Of a stretch of 20,000 nucleotides of DNA, positions 6,654 to 13,837 are shown piece after piece. Numbering within the stretch: the first letter of the stretch is position 1; every line of letters starts with the position of its first letter. Origin of the DNA: an uncultured bacterium (GTDB taxonomy: Bacteria > JAGOEH01). Below the pieces are notes generated by a model. It made no database searches and was not told the origin of the DNA. It worked only from the letters and a program-made list of their open reading frames with translations. The position numbers and the translations under genes are program-made. The stretch lies in assembly GCA_964632485.1 (NCBI GenBank), contig CAZWDO010000022.1, positions 45,759 through 65,758 on the forward strand, given 5' to 3'.

Positions 6654-9563
6654 TCAGACTAATTCCTCAGGATTGAGAACCAAAACGACCTGTCCATTGC
6701 CTAATAGACAAACACCATTTAAAGCGCGAATGCCTACCATTTGCTCAGGCAGGGGTTTGATTGCAATTTCCGCTCTATTTTCCAGTTTATCCACCCGCAC
6801 ACCGAATTTTCCTGTCTGCGTCTTCAAAATCACGATTGGGATTTCATCACCCTCATGACGGGAAGAAGGATCATCAGCGGTTTGCAGCAGCGTTTCCAGA
6901 CGCTCTATTGGGATTACCTGTTCCCGGTAATGGATAAATGAACGTTCCCGCCAGTGATGGATTTGCGCGGCTTTGATTTTAATCATTTCAAGGACATAAT
7001 CAAAGGGAATGGCATATATGTTTTTTCCCGCTTTGACCATTAAGGCTGAGCTGATACCCATGGCCATGGGTATTTTAAGGGCAATATTAGTTCCCTGGCC
7101 GGCTTGAGAGTGTACTCTGATTTCGCCGCCGAGCGCCTTGATCGATGTTTGTACCACATCCATGCCAACTCCACGTCCGGATATATCGGTAATCTGTTGT
7201 TTGGTGGAAAACCCCGCCATAAAAATGATATTAAAAATACTATCGTCTTCCTCGGATTTAATGGGAATATTCATGGCTCTTGCTTTTTCCAGGATACGTT
7301 GGCGGTCCAATCCCCGGCCGTCGTCAATAATCGATATAATCAGATTGCGGCCCTCTTGTTCTGCTTTTAATATAATAGTTCCTTTTTCGTCTTTATGGGC
7401 TGCAATCCGTTCTTCAGGACTTTCAATACCATGATCACAGGCATTGCGGATAATATGGATCAAGGGGTCTGATAATGTATCCGCAACTTTTTTGTCAATT
7501 TCAGTTTCATTGCCGTATGTAAGAAATTCAATCTGCTTTTTCTGTTTGCGCGCAATATCCCGTACTACTCGTTGAAATTTTTGAAAAATTCCTTTGATGG
7601 GTGTCATGCGCATCGCCATCATTCCAGTCTGGATATTGTTCGAAATTCGTGAAATCAAATGCAGATTATCCTTAAATGAGCGAATGAGCGCAGTAGCGTC
7701 CGGGTTGGATTGAGTTAACTCATGGATGATATATTCGTAGGTATTTCGCGCCACGACCAGCTCGCCAATCAGGTTGGAAAAAACATCGATCTTCCTCTCA
7801 TCGACCCGCATGGTACGAATCTCGGATTCTTCTTTTAAGACCTCCGATTTTAACGATTTGCCAAGTTCCATCAATTCCTGTTTGTGTAAGCTCCGTTGCA
7901 AGTCCTCTTCACTGACCAAGCCGTTTTCAATGAGGATTTCGCCCAGTCGTTTTTGTCTGCCAAGCGCCGATTGCAAGATTGATTCAGTGATCAATCCTTC
8001 TTCAATCAGGATTTCACCCAGCTTTCGTGGTTCCGATGTTAGTCCCAGCAAAAAAAGAATCACTTCATCCAGGATTTCTACATAATCCTCGCCGGAAGGA
8101 TCTTCCAACGCGATTAACGCTTTATCCACTAAAGCCGGCAAGGTTTTGATATTCATATACTCCGATGCGCTTTTCAAGCTTTTTAAGGCTCGTAAGGTAA
8201 TACGCTTCGATTCGGGAATAGTTGACGCCGGTTTGCCATGGGTTCGAATAATTTCGCGGTACTGCTGGGATTGTTCCAGAAAAGTTGTCCTGACATCCTC
8301 AGATATAAACGAAACTGCGGATTTCTTGTCTCTGTTATCATCTGAGGGGTGAGAAAAAATCCGCAAATAATAGCCGACTGCGTGTTCAATTTGACCGATG
8401 CGGAGTTTGCCGCCACCATGGTTCATTACATTCAGCATTATTTTTAGCGTATCCACTGACTGAAGGGCTATATCAGTTATTTTTGGAGTAATAATCACTT
8501 CTCCCCGGCGTAATAAATCAAACAACGATTCCAGATTATGCAGAAATTGAGCCATTTCAGACAGATTAATATAACTGCAATCTCCCTTGAGCGTGTGCAG
8601 GGCGCGAAATATTTTCTGAATGGATTCCTGGCTGCCTTTTTTTTCGAGCTCTACTATGCTGGTTTCTAATATACTCAATAATTCCTGTGAACTGACGATG
8701 AATTCTTTCAGATTGGCGCTATTAATGCTATTAACCGATATCTCAATTTCTTTCTCGTCCGGATCAAACTGAATTTGTTCGGCTATATCCACGATATCGG
8801 CCAATGAGGGATCAAACAACAAATCCTTAATCGCTGCCTCATCAATTTTACAAACCAGAAAAATAGTGGCCTGGAAGGAAAGATGGAAGGGATTGAACTC
8901 GTCCAGGTCAGCAATTTTTTCGTCCGGGATAATCGCTTCATAATAAAGAGCCGTAGCCATCAGTTGACTCAGGAATACAGCCGGGTCATATCCATTGGCA
9001 AAGAACTCGTCGGAATAATTGAGTCGTATTTTAAAAAAGTGGTTTTGGTTGCCATATAAAGCTCGCATGCGCAAAATCGTGGAGTTTGGGACTTCATCAT
9101 TTTCTGATAGCGAATAAGGCGTCGGGGTAATGGGCGCTGGCTCCAACTTGCCGTCTGTGGATGGATTATTGATGCCCAGAGTTAATGCAGTCAATTTATC
9201 CACTAACTGGTTATCGATTGCGATCGGTAGTTTTTTTTCAATCCCGAGGATCATGGCATTAAGAGTGTCCACACTGTTTAGCACTACATCAATCAGTTCG
9301 GGGTTGATTGTGAGTTTCCTATCTCTGACCAGCGATAACACATTCTCTATATGATGCGCAAATTGGGAGATTTCCAGCAAATCAAAACTGCCGGCGCTTC
9401 CCTTGATCGTATGAATTCCCCGGAAGATAGAATCTATGCGATCCCTGTTGTCCGGATCGGCTTCCGTTTTGAGAATATCATCGCTGATGCCATCCAGAAT
9501 ATCCTTAGCCTCTGTGATAAACTGACGACGATAAAAATCAAGGTCCATTTCAATATTCGGCAT
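6654..9563 (-). CDS. cheA: Chemotaxis histidine kinase CheA with two Hpt domains, a degenerate third Hpt-like segment and a tandem MshEN-like motif
   Basis: 969 aa. IFRGIHTIKGSAG (H51), IFRALHTLKG (H323), dimerisation region MRVDERKIDVFSNLIGELVV, HATPase HIIRNACDHGIE / DDGRG / GFST / SGRGVGMDVV, C-terminal CheW-like P5. Confidence 0.96.
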   Translation of the reverse strand: MPNIEMDLDFYRRQFITEAKDILDGISDDILKTEADPDNRDRIDSIFRGIHTIKGSAGSFDLLEISQFAHHIENVLSLVRDRKLTINPELIDVVLNSVDTLNAMILGIEKKLPIAIDNQLVDKLTALTLGINNPSTDGKLEPAPITPTPYSLSENDEVPNSTILRMRALYGNQNHFFKIRLNYSDEFFANGYDPAVFLSQLMATALYYEAIIPDEKIADLDEFNPFHLSFQATIFLVCKIDEAAIKDLLFDPSLADIVDIAEQIQFDPDEKEIEISVNSINSANLKEFIVSSQELLSILETSIVELEKKGSQESIQKIFRALHTLKGDCSYINLSEMAQFLHNLESLFDLLRRGEVIITPKITDIALQSVDTLKIMLNVMNHGGGKLRIGQIEHAVGYYLRIFSHPSDDNRDKKSAVSFISEDVRTTFLEQSQQYREIIRTHGKPASTIPESKRITLRALKSLKSASEYMNIKTLPALVDKALIALEDPSGEDYVEILDEVILFLLGLTSEPRKLGEILIEEGLITESILQSALGRQKRLGEILIENGLVSEEDLQRSLHKQELMELGKSLKSEVLKEESEIRTMRVDERKIDVFSNLIGELVVARNTYEYIIHELTQSNPDATALIRSFKDNLHLISRISNNIQTGMMAMRMTPIKGIFQKFQRVVRDIARKQKKQIEFLTYGNETEIDKKVADTLSDPLIHIIRNACDHGIESPEERIAAHKDEKGTIILKAEQEGRNLIISIIDDGRGLDRQRILEKARAMNIPIKSEEDDSIFNIIFMAGFSTKQQITDISGRGVGMDVVQTSIKALGGEIRVHSQAGQGTNIALKIPMAMGISSALMVKAGKNIYAIPFDYVLEMIKIKAAQIHHWRERSFIHYREQVIPIERLETLLQTADDPSSRHEGDEIPIVILKTQTGKFGVRVDKLENRAEIAIKPLPEQMVGIRALNGVCLLGNGQVVLVLNPEELV

Positions 9564-9571
9564 ATTAATTC

Positions 9572-9937
9572 CTATCCGATGATCTTCTTTACAACATTTA
9601 GCAGGGTATCGGGTTTAAAAGGCTTAACAATCCAGGCTTTAGCCCCGGCCTGCTGTCCCTGTTGTTTCTTTGATTCTTCGCTTTCTGTTGTCAACATGAC
9701 AATCGGAATGAAGCGGTATTGCGCTTGCGCCTTTATTTGACGGATCATTTCGATACCATTCATATTCGGCATATTTAAATCGGTAAGTATCATATCAAAT
9801 TTGTTTTGCGTCAGCTTGTCCAATCCATCCAACCCATCGCAGGCTTCCACAGCTTCATAACCGTTGGAACGCAGAGTCATTGCAATTAATCCCCGCATGG
9901 AACCCGCATCATCGACTACTAAGATAGATTTTGGCAT
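9572..9937 (-). CDS. cheY: Chemotaxis response regulator CheY
   Basis: 121 aa single REC: ILVVDD, LTDLNMPNMNG, MLTTES, GAKAWIVKPF. Adjacent to cheA. Confidence 0.92.
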   Translation of the reverse strand: MPKSILVVDDAGSMRGLIAMTLRSNGYEAVEACDGLDGLDKLTQNKFDMILTDLNMPNMNGIEMIRQIKAQAQYRFIPIVMLTTESEESKKQQGQQAGAKAWIVKPFKPDTLLNVVKKIIG

Positions 9938-9962
9938 AAAATTTCCTTCTGCTGTATTTTAG

Positions 9963-10253
9963 TTATATACTGTCAATCTGATACAAACGAGCCATTTGAT
10001 CCAAAGCCGGAGAGGAATTTTTTTTAAGCAGGGCAATTCCTTTTCGGCGAAACGAATAAATAACTGTGCAAATCAATTGAAAATAATAGGTATCAATTTC
10101 TTCAATCTCACTGACATCTAAAGTAACCTGTTCCAAATTTTTATGATTGGCCATTGTTTCTTTCAAGAAATTAAGGTCCTCTTCAACCCGATGAATGGTC
10201 GCTTGATTGGGGAAGCGGATTTCCAGTGTATGATCATTTTTTTCGATAATCAT
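9963..10253 (-). CDS. Small STAS-domain (anti-anti-sigma-like) protein
   Basis: 96 aa. VTLDVSEIEEIDTYYFQLI matches the STAS LDxSxVxxID[S/T] motif. Its start overlaps the upstream stop (ATGA). Confidence 0.75.
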   Translation of the reverse strand: MIIEKNDHTLEIRFPNQATIHRVEEDLNFLKETMANHKNLEQVTLDVSEIEEIDTYYFQLICTVIYSFRRKGIALLKKNSSPALDQMARLYQIDSI

Positions 10254-10630
10254 GGTAGTTCCTCGCTACCCATTGTCCCGATCAGCATCTGGACATGAGT
10301 GATCAGAAACTGAGGTTGAACCGGTTTGGTGATGTAGAGATTGGCGCCGGATTTATATCCCATAAGTTTATTCTCGACCTCTTCCTGAGTGGTGATGATT
10401 ATTATGGGAGTTTCTTTTTCCAATTCGCGGTATTTGCGGATGAAGGTGAGGCCATCCATATTTGGCATATTGATATCGCATAAAATCAGATGATAGGTGT
10501 TAGCAAGAGCTTTTTCCAAAGCTTCGATACCATCCCCTGCGCCAGCCACATTGAATCCGACGGATTTCAGAATGTTCATGTGATAATTACGGACAACCGG
10601 TGAATCATCAACTACAAGGATATAATACAT
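10250..10630 (-). CDS. cheY: CheY-like single-domain response regulator
   Basis: 126 aa. ILVVDDS, LCDINMPNMDG, IITT, GANLYITKP. Confidence 0.85.
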   Translation of the reverse strand: MYYILVVDDSPVVRNYHMNILKSVGFNVAGAGDGIEALEKALANTYHLILCDINMPNMDGLTFIRKYRELEKETPIIIITTQEEVENKLMGYKSGANLYITKPVQPQFLITHVQMLIGTMGSEELP

Positions 10631-10633
10631 GGT

Positions 10634-11482
10634 TCACTCCTTACAATACACTAAAAATTTACCTGATCGTTGAAGTTTGAAGGCAGTTGTAATCCGGCCC
10701 AGTGATTCGCTTGAACCCAAAAAAATATACCCACTGGTCTTCAAGCTGGTGTAAAAATGATCGACTACCTGGCGGCGAGATATATCATCGAAATAGATCA
10801 GCACGTTACGGCAAAAAATAAAATCACAGTTGATGATGACTCTCATTTCATCCCGATTCTGAAGATTCAATTTTATGAATTTCACCATGGATTTCACCAT
10901 GGATTTCACTTCAAAGCGTTGTTTGGGGAGAATATTGAAATAGGTTTTCAAATAGGTTTCCGGGGTATCCATAATACTGCGTTTTTCGTAAACTCCAGCT
11001 TGGGCTTTGATCAACACTTTTTCATCGATATCGGAGGCGATAATCTCTATCTTCCAATCGGATACATCCTCAAGTATCTCATGAAGAATGATCGCTATCG
11101 AATAGGGTTCTTCTCCGGTGGAACAGCCGGCTGACCAGATGCGCAATGAATTATCGTTCAAAGTGATCTTTTGTTTAACGACTTCTGGCAGGCAAATATC
11201 GGCAAACGATTCCAATTGGGGAAAATCCCGGAAAAAATAGGTCTCATTAATAGTGATCTGATTCACCAGATTCTGGAATTCGTGGCCCTGAAGATCGGAA
11301 AACTTGAGATAACGGATATATTCGGCCGCAGAATTGAAGCCCATGACTTGCATCCGTTGAAATATGCGGTGATTAATAAAATAAATCTTTTTTGGTTCGA
11401 AACGGATACCGATCCGGCGGTAAATCATATCTGCCAGCCGATCGAATTCATCGATCGTTAACTGGAAATCAATTTCATTCAT
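10634..11482 (-). CDS. cheR: Chemotaxis protein-glutamate methyltransferase CheR
   Basis: TINETYFFRD, RIWSAGCSTGEEPYSIA, ASDID, DFIFCRNVLIYFD, GYIFLGSSES. The probable start is ATG 11482 (GGAG upstream, ATGAATGA coupling with the HEAT gene stop), giving 282 aa; the ORF track's 11749 start lies inside the HEAT gene. Confidence 0.95.
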   Translation of the reverse strand: MNEIDFQLTIDEFDRLADMIYRRIGIRFEPKKIYFINHRIFQRMQVMGFNSAAEYIRYLKFSDLQGHEFQNLVNQITINETYFFRDFPQLESFADICLPEVVKQKITLNDNSLRIWSAGCSTGEEPYSIAIILHEILEDVSDWKIEIIASDIDEKVLIKAQAGVYEKRSIMDTPETYLKTYFNILPKQRFEVKSMVKSMVKFIKLNLQNRDEMRVIINCDFIFCRNVLIYFDDISRRQVVDHFYTSLKTSGYIFLGSSESLGRITTAFKLQRSGKFLVYCKE

Positions 11483-12473
11483 TGTCTTCTCCCGGGTTTG
11501 TACCCAGACTGGTTTGGCAAAATTCTCTAATATCCGGAAAGGGAGCCTTGTCGGCAATTGCCTGCAAGTACGTATTTCGCAGGGCCGATTCAGACTGGTC
11601 GATGAGCTCAATTCCATAGAATTGATATTCGATGCGTAAATCGGGAGAAAGCACAATGTCATGCAGAAGCCTGACAGTTTGTTCCGGGAGAGGATGTTGA
11701 CGTACCAGATTTTGTATTGAATATAAGCTCTTGATAATATCTTCGCCATAAAGTATCGGATCTGTCAATGAATCAATAATATGAAAAATAGTATCCACAA
11801 ATCCGCCCCGGGTTGCCAATTTCAATAATGATGGAATATAAATTGCCTGCGAATCCGGCGCCTTATCGGCTGAAACCGATAATTGAAGTAGCAGTGATTC
11901 TATATCCTCGGCGTTAGCCAATTCACTTAACGTTTCCAGAATAGAGTCTTTCAACATCGGTTCCCGGGTATGGCTGAAAAGATCTATCATTTCAGGAATA
12001 CTGGCTCTATCATTCAAACGGCCCAAATATTCCACCGCGGTAATGACGACATTAATGGCGGGATCATATAAAGCTGCCCGCAGGGCAAAAATAGCATCCT
12101 CGGTACCCAATTCAACCAGGGTATCCAATATCAGTTTTCGTACTTCTTTGTTGGCATGATCCAGTTTTGATCCTAAAAAAACAATGGTATCCAAGCCGTA
12201 TGCTGAGAGAATAGCTACCGCTGAATTGCGCAGATAAGCGTCCGCTGAGCTGTATAATTCAAAAATCGTTTCATAGATCAGCGGATTATTCGATTTTTTC
12301 AGGGCAAACACCAGCGCATCACGGACGACGGGAGATGATTCCTTTTTAAGCCGGTCCATTAACGCCTGCGCCCAATTCGATGATTTCAGCGACATGATAT
12401 CATCAACCGCATAGAGTCTCACCGTTTCATCGGGATCATTGATTTGGCGCGCTAATGTATCCTGGGATTCCAT
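11475..12473 (-). CDS. HEAT-repeat (PBS-lyase-like) protein of the chemosensory operon
   Basis: 332 aa. Repeated helical units DPDETVRLYAV, SPVVRDALVFAL, DAYLRNSAVAIL, NKEVRKLILDTL, DPAINVVITAVEYLG. Lies between cheB and cheR; SD AGGAG. Confidence 0.85.
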   Translation of the reverse strand: MESQDTLARQINDPDETVRLYAVDDIMSLKSSNWAQALMDRLKKESSPVVRDALVFALKKSNNPLIYETIFELYSSADAYLRNSAVAILSAYGLDTIVFLGSKLDHANKEVRKLILDTLVELGTEDAIFALRAALYDPAINVVITAVEYLGRLNDRASIPEMIDLFSHTREPMLKDSILETLSELANAEDIESLLLQLSVSADKAPDSQAIYIPSLLKLATRGGFVDTIFHIIDSLTDPILYGEDIIKSLYSIQNLVRQHPLPEQTVRLLHDIVLSPDLRIEYQFYGIELIDQSESALRNTYLQAIADKAPFPDIREFCQTSLGTNPGEDNE

Positions 12474-12655
12474 TTTTTCTCCTGTTCAGGGTGTTGCTTG
12501 ATAGTGGTGGTTCCGGCTATGCGCGAATTAAGGTTATTCCACAATTACCGGCCCAATATCCGGGGTAGATTGAATCTTTATGTTGCTTCAACGACCTGTC
12601 CGAAACAGATCGATGGGTACAACCCCGGGTTCAGGACCCGTGAAGCGCGATTGAT

Positions 12656-13744
12656 TCAGCCATGCCGGTTAAGTTTTTCTACATTCCGGACAATTTCGCC
12701 AGCGATTTTATAATTGGGCGCGACGATATCGACACCTCCGCGGTCAATGGCCTCCTTGGGCATGCCGAAGACCACGGCAGTTTCTTCACTTTCAGCGATT
12801 GTAATTCCACCGGCTTGTTTGATTTTCACCATGGCATCGGCGCCATCATCCCCCATCCCGGTCATCAGCACTCCCACTGTCCGATGGCCATATTGCTGCA
12901 ACACTGATTCCATCATGACCCCTACCGAAGGAATAAATAAGTGGGTTGGAAGTGTGGATAACCGAATCTGTTTTTCCCCGCTGTTTTTTTCACGCAGTAA
13001 TAGATGAAATCCCCCTTTGGCCAAATAACCGCAACTATTTTGGACAGGATCGCAACTCTCGGCTTCCTTGATGGAAAACTTGACGTACTGGTTGAGGCGT
13101 TTGGCAAAAGAACTGGTGAAATTGGGCGGCATGTGCTGAACAATAAATATTGCGGCATCTAAGTCGGCCGGTAATTCGATCAATATATCCATAAGAGTTT
13201 TGGGTCCGCCCGTGGAAACGCCGATGGCGATAGCGGTTTTTACCGCATCTGTTCTCCCTCCCCATTCGCGTTTTTTAGTTTTGGATACTTGATAACGCTC
13301 GGAAGGCGAGCGTTTTTGCCGGTTTCTGATTCGCTGTAAAGAACCGCCGCGAGTGGCGGCTTTCACTTTCTCGATGATCTCCGCTTCCACCCGATGGATG
13401 TTCATGGAAACGGTCCCTCCCGGTTTAGCAATAAAATCGAAAGCTCCCAGCTCCAAAGCCTCAAAGGTAATCAGTGCGCCTTCCTGGGTCAATGAACTAA
13501 CCATAATTACCGGGCAAATATTTTCGCTGACAATTACCTGCAGAGCCGTTATTCCATCAATTCCCGGCAGATTGATATCCATGGTAACCACATCCGGTCG
13601 TAATTCCCTGGCTTTTCTAATGCCGTCCTCGCCATCCCGCGCCAATCCAATCACTTCAATTTCAGCGTCCGCTTCCAATATATTTTTTAATGCCTTTCGC
13701 ATAAAAGCTGAATCCTCAACAATCAAGACACGAATTTTTTTCAC
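12656..13744 (-). CDS. cheB: Chemotaxis response regulator protein-glutamate methylesterase CheB
   Basis: 362 aa. REC (VEDS, TMDINLP, DFIAKP) plus methylesterase triad motifs GVSTGG, QHMP, MTGMGDDG; VVFGMPKEAI. GTG start. Confidence 0.96.
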   Translation of the reverse strand: MKKIRVLIVEDSAFMRKALKNILEADAEIEVIGLARDGEDGIRKARELRPDVVTMDINLPGIDGITALQVIVSENICPVIMVSSLTQEGALITFEALELGAFDFIAKPGGTVSMNIHRVEAEIIEKVKAATRGGSLQRIRNRQKRSPSERYQVSKTKKREWGGRTDAVKTAIAIGVSTGGPKTLMDILIELPADLDAAIFIVQHMPPNFTSSFAKRLNQYVKFSIKEAESCDPVQNSCGYLAKGGFHLLLREKNSGEKQIRLSTLPTHLFIPSVGVMMESVLQQYGHRTVGVLMTGMGDDGADAMVKIKQAGGITIAESEETAVVFGMPKEAIDRGGVDIVAPNYKIAGEIVRNVEKLNRHG

Positions 13745-13837
13745 GGGGCGCTTTTTCCTCTCGTAATTTCAAACCGTTACAGAATCCAACCGGCGCGAAT
13801 TTGAGCTATCAACCGCTACCGGCTGGTTTCATTGTTA

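Noticed and set aside
10879-10909. Perfect 12-bp tandem repeat (ATTTCACCATGG x2.6) in cheR encoding VKSMVKSMVK
   Set aside because: It is in frame and keeps the usual V-x7-V-x-F spacing of this CheR segment, so it is not an evident insertion. Too few copies for a phase-variable tract.
11483-11749. 89-aa N-terminal extension of CheR in the ORF track
   Set aside because: It overlaps the HEAT gene in another frame and has no CheR-like features; ATG 11482 has an SD and start-stop coupling.
12560-12640. Hammerhead ribozyme in the three-stem intergenic structure
   Set aside because: The CUGANGA core is absent on both strands at the junction.
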